Below the pieces are notes generated by a model. The model was not told the origin of the DNA. It saw only the letters and a program-made list of their open reading frames with translations, and searched no databases. A program made the translations under genes and the position numbers. Positions 35,964-48,953 of a DNA stretch of 64,000 nt are shown in pieces. The stretch is from positions 135,656,001 through 135,720,000 of the forward strand of contig NC_043001.1 in NCBI RefSeq assembly GCF_006345805.1, written 5' to 3'. The stretch's first letter is position 1, and every line of letters begins with the position of its first letter. This DNA is from Octopus sinensis. Taxonomy: Eukaryota.

Positions 35964-36439
35964 GAATGTACTAACAGGAATGCATATATTATTATTAATT
36001 AAAATAGCATATGAACCCACTGAACTCTAACTGACCCTATCTCAAACTAATTAATAACCTTTTCTTTCTCATTTATATTCTCTCTCTCTTAATTTCTCTT
36101 CCTAGTCCTCTTCATCTACTTAACCTCCCACTCAGAGCCATAAATCAATTCTGAACTTATCCATTAACCAAGGACATGAAAAACAATTGCTTCATTTTCT
36201 TTTTCTCTGAAGGACACAATCTGAAACTAGAATTAATTCTTTCCTAATTATCATATAAACTTATAAAACCTTATACTTTACCAATAAATAAAATTTTTGC
36301 AAGTGCAAACCACCACATTTTCCTAAGATTCCACTTTTAAACTCACACAAACAAATTTATTCAATCAGTTCAGAAGGAACAAGTTTCCAGTGCTATTATG
36401 TAATATACATTATATAATATGTATAACAACATCCTCAAC

Positions 36440-36775
36440 TGGCTTCCGTGTCGGTGGCACGTAAAAAGCACCATCCGAATCGTGGCCGAAGCCAGTGCCG
36501 CCTCGACTGGCTCCCATGCAGGTGGCACGTAAAATGCACCAATCCGACCGTGGCCGATGCCAGCCTTGCCTGGCTCTAGTGCAGGTGGCATGTAAAAAGC
36601 ACCCACTACAATCACGGAGTGGTTGGCGTTAGGAAGGGCATCCAGCTGTAGAAACATTGCCAGATAAGACCGGAGCCTGGTGCAGCCTTCTGGCTTCCCA
36701 GATCCCCGGTCGAACCGTCCAACCCATGCTAGCATGGAGAACGGACGTTAAACGATGATGATGATGATGATGATC
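36440..36775 (+). mobile_element. RTE 3' UTR with 68+63-bp array and (GAT)n tail
   Basis: Same subfamily as 30437-30835, with one fewer 68-bp unit. Confidence 0.88.
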
Positions 36776-37022
36776 AATGTCTATAGACATGACATGTGAT
36801 AAGTCACCTCAAGTTATTTAAACAATTTTAAACCATGTAATAAATGCTATATCATAAACTCCACTCTTCACTTATTTTATATGTGTGTATGTGTATAAAG
36901 GTAAGATCCAAGGATCAAGGTGTGGGAAGTTAGTAAGTCTTAAGCAGGTATAAAAGACAACTTTTAGGAACAATAGTGGTTTATTGACGCAGAAGATTGT
37001 AAATTCTTCCCATAGGGTTCAA

Positions 37023-38115
37023 TAGGCGCAGGTGTGGCTGTGTGGTAAATAGCTTGCTTTCCAGCCACATGGTTCTGGGTTCAGTTCCACTGCATGGCAC
37101 ATTGAGCAAGTGTCTTCTGCTATAGCCTCAGGCCGACCAAAGCTTTGTGAGTGGATTTGGTAGATGGAAACTGAAAGAAGCCAGTTGTATATATATATAT
37201 ATATATATATATTCATTCGCCATGAGAGATCGCTAGCCACTACATATTCTTTATTTTCTCTCCTTGCTTATTTCTGTGTTCCCGTCTGTGGAAGAGCATA
37301 GGCTCGAAATGTTAAAGGCCTTTTCACTTCCTGAGCATTATACTAATACATCTGTTTGTTGTCTACACCACATGTCTTCATCTTTTGTGTTTTTGTGAAT
37401 TCTCCCTATATATATATATATATATATAAAACCCATGCTAGCATGGAAAGCGGACGTTAAATGAATGATATAGGCATAGGAGTGGCTGTGTGGAAAGTAG
37501 CTTGCTTACGAACCACATGGTTCTGGGTTCAGTCCCACTGCATAGCACCTTGGGGATGTGTCTCCTACCATAGCCTCGGGCCAACCAAAGCCTTGAGAGT
37601 GAATTAGGTAGACGGAAACTGAAAGAAGCCCATCGTATATATGTATATATATGTTTGTGTGTCTGTGTTTGTCCCCTAAAATCACTTGACAAGTAAAAGA
37701 GTAAAAAAGTGTATATATATATATATACTGGAGTAAACACATAAATGTGAAACAAGGTGGAAAAAAGAGTACTCAAATACCAGTGGTAGAGTAATATGCT
37801 TTATTTAAAGCAGCAAAAACTGTCCGATGAACGGCAACGGGAAACTCAGAGTAACAGGTTTTGTTGAATTTTCTGCTGCTTTAAATAAAGTATGTATATA
37901 TATATATATATATATATTTATGTGTTTGTGTTTGTCCCTCCACCATCGCTTGACAACTGAGTTTAGTATGTTTACGTCCCCACAACTTAGTGGCCTAGCA
38001 AAAGAGACCGATAGAATAAGTAGTAGGCTCACAAAGAATAAGTCCAAGGGTCGATTTTGACTAAAAGGCAGTGCTTCAGCATGGCCACAGTCAAAATGAC
38101 TGAAACAAGTAAAAG
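37023..38115 (+). mobile_element. Nest of family A SINEs with Penelope-like fragments inserted in their internal (TA)n
   Basis: SINE heads at 37023 and 37470; foreign segments 37212-37405 and 37727-37890 bounded by (TA)n; the SINE body resumes after 37890. Confidence 0.7.
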
Positions 38116-39130
38116 TGTAAAAGTGTATATCAAAGTTTGGTAAGCTGAAAAAATGGTTTTATAGCTTATGGTTGGCAAATTGGGTTAATGTGTAAGCATG
38201 TAAAAATTCAAAATTAGAGAATGGAGCAGATAATATCCAGGCTACATATGTTTCAGAGCAAGTAGAACCTCGGGAGTAGTAATTGCCCAAATGAGGGGTA
38301 ATCTGCTAGCTACTCAATGGGCCAAAGATACCTAAACCAAATGAAGATTACATTGTTGTCAAGGGATCCAATGTATTGAGACAACAAAAGACCAAAAACA
38401 CAAACTACTAAAGGAGGGAATTTCCCATCATGTTCTGCCTTATTGGATATTTTGATGGTTTCAGCACCAATATAACATTGTCACTGTTATATATATCTAC
38501 ACATTATTTTCAATTGAATTTTGTGCTACACACCACTCAGGGTTGTAATAGAAGACACTTGCCCAGAGTTCCACACAGTGGCACTGAAGCCAAAACCACA
38601 CGGTAAATTTTGTAATTTTGTGCTACACACCACTCCATTCTACACTGTGCTACACTGCCCACACTATGTTATGCTTCATCACAACACACCACACCACCCG
38701 CACCTTGTTATAAAACTAATGAGCAACAAGATTTAATTAACAGTGATCTAATTAGAACACCTTTTGTGAGAGTTTATGAAGAATTAAAGGAATGCTAGTG
38801 ATGTATAACCCACTGTAGCTGTTACTACAACCACTACTGCTGCCACTACCACTACCACCACAAGACTGTCACCACTGCAATTATACCACTAATACCACTA
38901 GCACTGATACCCACACTATCATTACTGAAATAAATAGAACACATTTACCTCACCAACACCACCACCACAATCACGACTACCACCACCACCACCATCATTA
39001 TTACACAACCACCACAACTACTATCAGCACCACCACCATCACTACCATCATCATCAGTATCATCATTATTACACAACCACTATAATTGTAACACCAATAC
39101 GACCAATGCCACCACCACCACCACCACACC

Positions 39131-39161
<31 letters not shown>

Positions 39162-40299
39162 GCAGCAGCAGCAGACACTGTCTTGGATCTCTTTGATCAA
39201 TCCTCATTAAAAAGCCATTCTAACAATAATTCATCCCCTCCCCTTCTGTTTTAAACTTTAAAATACAGAAAAGTTTAAAGAAATAAAATTAAGAATTTAA
39301 TCTGTAAATATTTTATTACAGTTATTTACTAGACACACACACACACGAATGCACGTACACATGACCACACAACCACACAGACATAAGCGTTTGTATATAT
39401 GTGTGTGCACGTGTGTGTGTGTATAGGTGTGTGTGTGTAGGTGTGTGTATAGGTGTGTATGCATGTGTATATGTGTCTGTGTGTAGGTGTTTGTGTGAAG
39501 GTATGTGTAGGTGTGTGTGTGTAGGTGTGTGTGTGTGTAGGTGTAGGTGTGTGTATAGGTGTGTATGCATGTGTATATGTGTCTGTGTGTAGGTGTTTGT
39601 GTGAAGGTATGTGTAGGTGTGTGTGTGTATGTGTATGCGTGCATATGTATATGCGTGCATATGGTCCAGTGATTAGGGTGTTGCACTCAGGATTGTGAGA
39701 TCATAGTTTCAAATCCAGGACCTGGTGGTGCATTGTGTTCTTCAGCCAAACACTTCATCACTCAAAGAACTCCGATGCATCATTGTTTTGGGTTCAAATC
39801 TCAGTGGGTACTGATTTTGTCTGCCATCTCCCATGTAAATAAGACATCAATAAGATACTAAGGCTGTTTCAGTAATCTATTACAAAACTGGTCCAACATG
39901 TTGTCAAAAACCATTAGTCTAATGGATTGGATTGGTGTTAGGAGATTAGATTAGATATTTTATTATGATGGATTTTATTTCATAGTCGAATGTTTATTGG
40001 TAAGAGGGGACTTTAGTTTTACGAGTAATATGATTACTTTATTGCAAACCGTTTCTCTAATAACATGATAAACAGATGTAAAACTAGCAATAAATAAATG
40101 AAATAAAATAAAATACTTGAAAATAGAATTGAAGCACAGTCAATTGAATTTACTATGTGTGATTGTGTGATTAAAATATTCACTTCCAAACCGTGTGGTT
40201 TTGGGTTCAGTGCCACAGTGTGGAACTCTGGGCATGTGTCTTCTATTACAACCCTGAGCTGGCCTAAAATATGTGAGTGGATTTGGTAGATGAAAATTG

Positions 40300-40610
40300 A
40301 AAGAAATCCAACGGCTGGTGCCTGTGATACGTAACAGCACCTGTGCCAGTGACATGTAATGAACACCCATAAAAGCATAAAAACACCCAAGCCAGTAACA
40401 CATGAAAGCACCTGCGCCGATGACACATAGAAGGTATTCACTACACTGTTGGAGTGGTTGGCATTAGGAAGGGCATCCAGCCATAGAAACCAAGCCAAAT
40501 CAAACTGGAAACTGGTACAGTTCTCTGATTTACCAGTTCCAATCGAACCATGTAACCCATGCCAGCATGGAAAGTGGATGTTAATTGATGATGGTGATGA
40601 TGATGATATA
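40300..40610 (+). mobile_element. RTE 3' UTR with degenerate ~26-bp array
   Basis: Repeated GCACC..GCCAGTGACA units before the GGCATTAGGAAGGGCATCCAGC block; (GAT)n tail. Confidence 0.78.
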
Positions 40611-41924
40611 TATACATTTACACATGTGTGTGTGAATGTATGCATGTTTGCGTCTCCCTCTTGGCTTCATGTGACTGTGGTTAATTACTATCACACAAAT
40701 AATGTCATTTATCTCCAATATTCTGGCTATGGGCAAAATATTACCTTACTTGGAAACAGGAAGAGCATTCAGCCACAAAAAAATTGCCTCAATAAGCTCT
40801 GTCCAATCCATGCAAGCATGGAAAAGTAGTCATTAGAATGATGATCATGATATATCATTCCTATCACTAACCACTTTACAGAGTGGACTGGGAGCATTTA
40901 TCAGGCCACCAGCAGTATAGAAGTTGTCTTTTAAGACTCAAATGTGCTTTACACACTCCACTTTTGTCCAGAGTGCTTCCTCTTCTAAACAGGATGTCTT
41001 CACTAAAGCTAACAGATTCCATTCTGTACAGATAATTTAATTGGAGTTATTGCTCTACTAGATGGATTACCTTCACTAGAGCTTACGGTATCCTCTGTGA
41101 AACTGATTAAATTTCAGTGTTTACAACCCTCCTGGACAGGATGCTAGAATCAACTGTCTTAGAGGGGTTGCTAGGAATCAGGAAAAAGGTAAGGAAGGGG
41201 TTGTATCTGAAAGGGATAGGTAAGTATGAGTTAATGAGTGGATCACATGGGGAAGAGGAGAGGAAAAGAGAAAGAAAGAGTGGTGAGGAACAACAAAGGG
41301 TAACATAAGTGTGTGCGTAAGGGGGGAGGGCTTCATTTGGCTGACACTGGCAGCGTTGGGGAGGCACCCTCTGTTGGAACATGGAGATGGTGATATCAAT
41401 AGAGGCAGAGGCTAAGAGGATTAGTGGTGGAGAGAGGTAAGGAACAGGTAAAACCAATGTGAAGAATATAGGAGAAAGGGTTCAGATCTGGTCATGGAAC
41501 TAAGGCAGGATAAAGTAGAGAAAACAGTAGAAATGGGATAAGTATGAGGCAGAATATTTATGTCACCAGCCGAAGAATGTAAAGAGGGGTAATGGTGCCA
41601 AGCTGCTCATATTTCTTATTGTTCTTACAGAAATTGTTTGGAGGTCATGACTAGCTATGGCATCTATGCATGCATAATTGTCTCACAACATTAATAACAG
41701 TTACGGGTAGTGTGGAAGACACATATTAACCATTCAAAAACACACATAAAAACTATTAACTTCACATAAACATTTAGTATTTGGTGTCAAGATTTTAAAC
41801 ATTTTACAATAGCTAACATATATCTTCTATGTTGTAACTGTTTTAGTTTTGACTCATGATCTAAGATGAAATCCCTTGCTTGACAGGTACACTTCCGAAA
41901 TTAATAACAGCACAGAATAAGCAT

Positions 41925-42450
41925 TGGCTTCAAACTTTTACACAAGGCCAGCAATTTCAAGGATATGATGGTGGTGGTGGTAGTAGTCGATTATATTGAC
42001 CCCAGTGCTCAACTGGTACTTATTTTATCGACCCTGAAATGATGAAAGGCAAAATCAACCTTGGCAGAATTTGAACTCAGAACATAAAGACAGATGAAAT
42101 GCCACAAAGCCTTTTGCCTAGGGTGGTAATGGTTCTACCAGCTCACAACCTTTCTTCTTTTCACAATATCAGTTTCAAAAGGCGGCAAGCTGGCAGAATC
42201 GTTAGCATGGCCGAGGTCAACTTTGCTTTCATCCTTTCAGGGTTGATAAATTACATGCCAGTTGCATACTGGGGTCAATCTAATCGACTGGCCTCCTCCC
42301 CCAAAATTTTGATACAAGGTCAATCAACCCTGAAATTATGAAAGGCAAAGTAAACCTCAGCAGAATTTGAACTCAGAACATAAAGACAGACAAAATACTG
42401 CTAAGCATTTTTCTAGGCATGCTAAGGATTCTGCCAGTCTGCTGCCTTAC
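41925..42450. mobile_element. Three family B SINE pieces (minus, plus, minus)
   Basis: Homology to family B at 41925-42130 (-), 42178-42310 (+) and 42320-42450 (-). Confidence 0.8.
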
Positions 42451-42463
42451 AAAGAGAGTAAAT

Positions 42464-43000
42464 TATTTACATTATTTACATTTGATGGATATTTGTCCTC
42501 ATCTTGTTTGTTGTCAACATGGTTTGGCTGATATACTCTCCAGCCCTCATCCTGTGGGATGAAGTTAAAATAATAGACAGAGAACACCACTGGAAAATAC
42601 GAAAACTAAAAGAAGCAGCACATATGCTAGGACACAACAACCTCCTAAGCAGACCAAGTGCAGATATGAGCAACATATGGGAACCGGTATTAAGGAAGGA
42701 TAGGAAAATGTTAGATTTATAAGCCCTAAAAATTCAATCCATAATTGCCCATGGGCATATGGCATAGTGGTTAAGAGTGCAGGCTTAACCCCAAGATTAC
42801 AAGTTAATAATAATAATAAACAACAACATTGAAAAATACCTTAGGAATTCGAACCCAGGTTCAAAATTTCCTCAAGGCACCTGATGAAGGCTGGAGGGTA
42901 TATCAGCTGAAATGTTGTGTTAATAATGAACAAGATGACGACAAATATCCGTCAGATGTAACTAATGTACATAATTCCTCATCTCTTAAATATAGAACTG
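42464..43000 (+). mobile_element. 5'-truncated Penelope-like element with inverted partial pLTR and 13-bp TSD
   Basis: GIY-YIG C-terminus LWDEVKIIDREHHWKIRKLKEAAHM..LSRPSADMSNIWEPVL; 42464-42551 is an inverted copy of 42883-42973; AAAGAGAGTAAAT at 42451-42463 and 43001-43013. Confidence 0.85.
42823..42918 (+). ncRNA. Type III hammerhead ribozyme fold
   Basis: Stem III ACAACA 42823-42828 : TGTTGT 42913-42918; ATT site 42828-42830; bulged stem I 42831-42880; CTGATGA 42881-42887; stem II 42889-42894 : 42903-42908; GAAA 42909-42912. Confidence 0.72.
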
Positions 43001-43667
43001 AAAGAGAGTAAATATTATATTGTGTTGGTAACCATTTTAAAGTATGATATATGAAGACAGTTGTGTGCACAGTTTAGACTTTCTTGTCTTATTGCCATTG
43101 TTAGTGTCAACAATGATATATGAAGGAAGTTGATGGTGGAACAATAGGCCATTTGTACTACCATTCCTACTATTCTGCACTGCTCAAAGACAATTATTGC
43201 ATAGTGGAGAATACATTATAGTTGCAAAGTGGAACGAGGCATTATGGGGTGCAAGATCTAAAAACAGCTACTGATCTCCGGTCTTCAGTTGGTTCCATCC
43301 ATGCCAGAGAACTTTTCAAGCAGAGCTGACTGGAGTTATTTATTTAGTATTATCTCCACCAGGAGGAGTACAGTAACATTAGTCAGGAATGGTCTTTACC
43401 TGAGAACGACAACAAGAACAACAAGAGTAGTTACAAATGACAAAGACGAATCAAACAGTTTAGATGAAAGTACTGTAGTATTGGGGGGGGGGGCAATAGT
43501 AGCCTTGAAGAGTCAATTAATAATCCACTTGATGCAAGAATGCAACTACAAATACTGCACCAATTCACTATCTTTATACAGTACTGCATCACAATAAACT
43601 TCCCTTGCCCCAACAATATTTCAAGGTTATCACGCAATACTGCATTATTTTACTTTCACTTTCTCTT

Positions 43668-43700
<33 letters not shown>

Positions 43701-44292
43701 TTATATATAATTCCATTAAATTCCTTATAGCAATAACAGCAATTGAATACCACATACCACTAACCACCACCACCACCACTAACATTTGCATCACTACAGC
43801 AAATGCAGTGAAATGCATCTGCAACCTTGAAATGCACACAAACACACACATGTATGCAAGAACACACATAACACACACCAGCATATAACAATCAACAACA
43901 ACCACCTAACAACACAACAACATGTCAATGCAGTGATGTTAACATAAAGCCTATTAAAAGATGTAAAAACACAAAGTCTTTTTCTGTAATTTTTTTTCTC
44001 CTCTCAATGACATTCTTGTAACATTATTGCACAACACAACTGCAACAGTTTTGATGAGAGAGAGAGAGAGCTTCCTTTCTTTTTGGTAAAACTATCATAT
44101 GTAATTTATGACAGACTTTAAAGACAGAATACAGCAATTAATTATAGCATATAATGAATAGTTCATTTAGAAAACATGTATTGGTAGTTCTTTTTTTTTA
44201 AACTCCCTGTTTGAGATGTATGACAAGTATGGTTTAAATACTTTTCCTATCAACTCAAGTATAGGTGTATGGTGTGTATATTTTTATGGTGT

Positions 44293-44329
<37 letters not shown>

Positions 44330-45105
44330 GGGGTGTGTGCATTATGTATTATGTGTAGGGAAAGAAGCGTGGAGAGTAAGAGTGTACATGACTATATATG
44401 CATTTATTTCCCCATATGTAATTGAATACATACATACATACATACACACATGCATACATATATATACACATATACAGATATACACACATACATATGTAGA
44501 TGAATATACATGCTTACATACAAATATAAACATATACTCACATAGAGATATATACACATACTTACATAGAAATATATACATACACATACCTACATACATA
44601 TACATATACACATATATACAGATATATACACATAGATACATACATACAGATACATCTATATCTAAGGATTTTATCATTTAAATGTTGAAGAGTGTGTGTG
44701 TGTATTTTGATTGATGGGACAGAAAGTATTGACAGAATATATCAAAGCATCATGAATTTGAATTGGAAAAGAAATTTTGCAGAGAATGTGTGTTTATGCA
44801 TAGATATACACTCACAACTTCACATGTACAGGCACATTTGTACACACAAACATAAACTTACTGACATAAATGCACACATACACACACCTTACACATTATT
44901 ATTGCAATCAGAGATAAATCCCTTGAATGCGTGAATACGTGGGTGCATGAGTGTGTGTGTGTGCGCGTGAGGGTAGTAAACATATGTGCATGTGTGTGTG
45001 TATAAAAATACATACAGGCACAGGTAAGTAATGAAGGTATTCAGATTATGAACATCAAATAGGTGTCATTTTTACAGCCATGGAAATATACAAACGCAAA
45101 AACTC

Positions 45106-45144
<39 letters not shown>

Positions 45145-45289
45145 ATATTCAATCACGTGCAGATAAAAACATGTACACACAAATCCAAACATATAATAGA
45201 AAGAAAATTTTCAAAAGTTCATATTAGCTAAAAGTTATCAGTGGAAGAAAAAAATAAACAAAATATATAAAAAACAGATATATATATGT

Positions 45290-45290
45290 A

Positions 45291-45384
<94 letters not shown>

Positions 45385-45400
45385 TATATGTGTATATATA

Positions 45401-45457
<57 letters not shown>

Positions 45458-45503
45458 AATATGTATATATGTATATATATATATGTGTGTGTGTATATAT
45501 ATA

Positions 45504-45538
<35 letters not shown>

Positions 45539-45610
45539 GTGTGTGTATGTGTATATATATATATATATGTATAGATACATATGTATGTGGGTATATCTAT
45601 CTATCTCTCT

Positions 45611-45653
<43 letters not shown>

Positions 45654-46247
45654 AAGGCAAAAAGATAAAGGTATAAATATCATAAAAAAACCCAAAACAA
45701 AAACCTATAACGGTATAAAAAAAAAGACGAACAGAACAAAAAATATAATAACAAAAGTAAAAAAAAACAAAAAAACATAAATATATTAAAAATAAAACAA
45801 TATGTCACCAAGAAATGACAGCATCATTTATTCAGGTCTCCTCTCTGTTCCAGAGCATTTGTCTACAATGGTAAAACCCGAAAAACTTAGTGACATATAC
45901 AACAGCATTATGTTAAGTAGAAAGTTAATACTGCTGACATTTACTTGATGTATGCTGATGGCCCTTGATAAAAGGGGTTTTATGAACCCATTAAACAAAC
46001 TCTCTCTCTTTTTACTGCAGATGATGAAGTATTTCTGATGTAGATTTATTTAGCACCATTATATATATATAGATATATATATAGATATATATATAGATAT
46101 ATATACATATATACACACACACACATGCAGATACTCATACATGTATGTGTGTATATATATATATAGACAGATAGATATACACATATATATATATACACAC
46201 ACACAGACACAAAGACACACGCATACACATACACACATGCAGATACT

Positions 46248-46311
<64 letters not shown>

Positions 46312-46420
46312 TACACATATATAGACACATACACACACAGATATATATATATCTATTGTGTGTGAGAGAGAGAGAGAGGAGAGAGAGAGAGAAAGAGAAA
46401 GAGAGAGGGAAGGAGAGAGA
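45290..46420. repeat. Compound (TA)/(TG)/(TC)/(GA) microsatellite blocks (45290-45650 and 46050-46420)
   Basis: Dinucleotide runs seen directly. Confidence 0.9.
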
Positions 46421-46739
46421 GATTAGTGCAATCATACTTGAAGTAGATATAACATATAAATACTGAGTTTATTAAACTGCAGTATTTGTCTCAAGATTAG
46501 CATCTTCTATAGAATTATAATGTTAAAAAACACAGAAATATATCAGTAGCAGGCAAAGATCGTCCAGCTGTGGTGGTGGCATTGCTGAATGCATGTTTCT
46601 GCCTCCTTAGGTTTCATCAGTAGCAAATATCCATTGGTGACTGCACTCCGACAAAATTCACTTTTAACCCTTTAACTTTTAAACTGGACACATTTGACCT
46701 CTCACATCTACCTAACAATGTCAAAAGTACCCTTGAATC

Positions 46740-47120
46740 ATTGGGCAATACGCTGTGCTTGAGAAGACCTATTGAGTCAATCAAAATCAAAAGCAAGACA
46801 AGATCAAAATGGAAATTGTAGTTGTAGTCAATTCCAGTGTCGCCTGACTAGCACCCATGCTGGTGGCATGTAATAAGTGCCATCCAAACGTGGTTGATGC
46901 CAGTCCCCCCGCCTGACTGGCTCCCATGCTAGTGGAATGTAAAAAGCACCTATTACACTCTTGGAGTGGTTGGTGTTAGGAAGGGCATCCTGCTGTAGAA
47001 ACCTTGCTAGATCAGATTGGAGCCTGACACAGCCTACTGGCTTTCCAGATCCCGGTCGAACCTTCCAACCCATGCCAGCATGGAAAACGGACGTTAAATG
47101 ATAATGATGATGATGATGAC
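46740..47120 (+). mobile_element. RTE 3' end (last codons plus UTR and (GAT)n tail)
   Basis: TACGCTGTGCTTGAGAAGAC ORF end followed by the shared UTR. Confidence 0.8.
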
Positions 47121-47209
47121 ATCAAAATTTCAAATCTACAAGATAATGCATAATTAATTTGAAATAATTACACAGATGTTGTAATTAGTGGGCAGGCTGA
47201 ATGAAAATT

Positions 47210-47625
47210 TGTTATGGGTGACAGAAGAAGTATTAGTTTAAAATAGCAATCTTCATATCATACTAAGAGCAGACACATCATTGAAAGCCTGATGAATTAC
47301 GGCATTTGTCCCAAGATAGTATTTCATATAAATGTATAATGTTATAAAGCACTAAAATATACCTATAGCAAAAGAAAATCATCCAGCAGTTGTGGCACTG
47401 TTAAATGCACAGTTGCGCCTCTTTGGGCTCCATCAATGGCAAGTTGAACATTTAACGTCATCACCACCACTGCTGGATGATTTTTGTCTGCTACTATTAT
47501 ATTTCTGCCTTTTTTTTAACTCTACACATCTGTAAGAGATACTATCTTGGGATGAATATTGCAGGTTTTCAATGTTGAATCTGCTTTAAATATTTTAAAC
47601 AAATAGTGCTTCTCATAGCCATAAC
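47210..47625. mobile_element. Old foldback MITE; a third arm copy at ~46480-46630
   Basis: Inner AAAATCATCCAGCAGT / ACTGCTGGATGATTTT and degenerate outer arms (TCCCAAGATAGTAT / ATACTATCTTGGGA). Confidence 0.7.
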
Positions 47626-48722
47626 ATCATCATCATCATCATCATATATCCCATTTGCAATTACTATAGCCACTTCTATCCCATCTATGAAATTTTCCAC
47701 TCTGTTCCCCCACTCAGCCCAATCCTCTGTATCAATTCACCTGTATTCTCCTCCACTGTACCTTGAAGGTATGTCCTGACACATATCCACCATCATATCT
47801 CCCACTCACTCCATCTTTATCATTCTAAGTCTCTTTCTTCTTTCCTCTCCAACTGGGATATCCTTGTATCTCTTCTACAGGAAGACACCTATCTCTATCT
47901 CTCTTATTTTTTTAGCCACTTATGGATGGGCACAAAGCTACTTTCCCTCAATACTACTTCCCTGTCAGTTAAGGGAATTTCATTTTGTCTTTCAAATTAC
48001 TTGGTAACCCTGCTGGTGCTGGTGCCATGAAAAAAGTACCCAGTGTACTCTGTAATGTGGTTGGCTATAAGAAGGGCATCCAGCTGTAGAAACCATGCCA
48101 AAACAAATAATAGAATCTGGCATAACACTCTGACTTGACAGCATGGAGAACAGATCTTAAATGATGATGATGACAATATAATATCTATTTTATGTACAGC
48201 ATAACATAAATCAGTAGAATTGAAACAAATTTAAATATTACAAAGCCTCATTGTGGGTGAAATAAAATTGTAAATATATTCCTTCTGTCCAATTGATATA
48301 TTGAAAAAAAGGAGGGAAGGAGTCTCTTGATGGACTGTTGCACAATTTGTTAGCTTCTCCTCACAGAAGATGTACCTGACACTTTACCAATCAACAACAC
48401 AGATCATTGGTTGTATAAAGCAGTTATAAATTAGTCCAGCATTGTGGTGGAATAGCATAATTTGTATATGTGTCCTCAGTCAAATCGCCCAACCCATGCT
48501 AGCATGGAAAACGAACGTTAAATGATGATGACGATGATCAAGGAATAAATAATGGTCATTACATATTTTTCTTTATTGTAGTAAGTTGACTTACAGCTGT
48601 TTCCATTAGTCATTATACGTTCATTATTGATAGGTTTACTCAAATTGTCCATTGATCAGTTGAGAAAAATTGAATGACCTAAATAATTAATGCTACTTTT
48701 ATCAGTCATTTCTGGTTATACC

Positions 48723-48953
48723 TATTTCTTTACTACCCACAAGGGGCTAAACACAGAGGGGACAAACAAGGACAGACAAACGGATTAAGTCGATTATATC
48801 GACCCCAGGGCGTAACTGGTACTTATTTAATCGACCTCGAAAGGATGAAAGGCAAAGTCGACCTCGGCGGAATTTGAACTCACAGCGTAACAGCAGACGA
48901 AATACGGCTACGCATTTCACCCGGCGTGCTAACGTTTCTGCCAGCTCACCGCT
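48723..48953 (-). mobile_element. Young family B SINE with 13-bp TSD
   Basis: TTCTGGTTATACC at 48710-48722 and 48954-48966. Confidence 0.92.

Noticed and set aside
45854-46043. Two strong acceptors giving EHLSTMVKPEKLSDIYNSIML and xDEVFLM* (also 48364 EDVPDTLPINNTDHWLYKAVIN* and a minus acceptor at 43398)
   Set aside because: No good donor or consistent chain, and no recognised homology.
46590-46660. Strong acceptor TGTTTCTGCCTCCTTAG with a short open frame
   Set aside because: Lies within a copy of the foldback repeat at 47210-47625.
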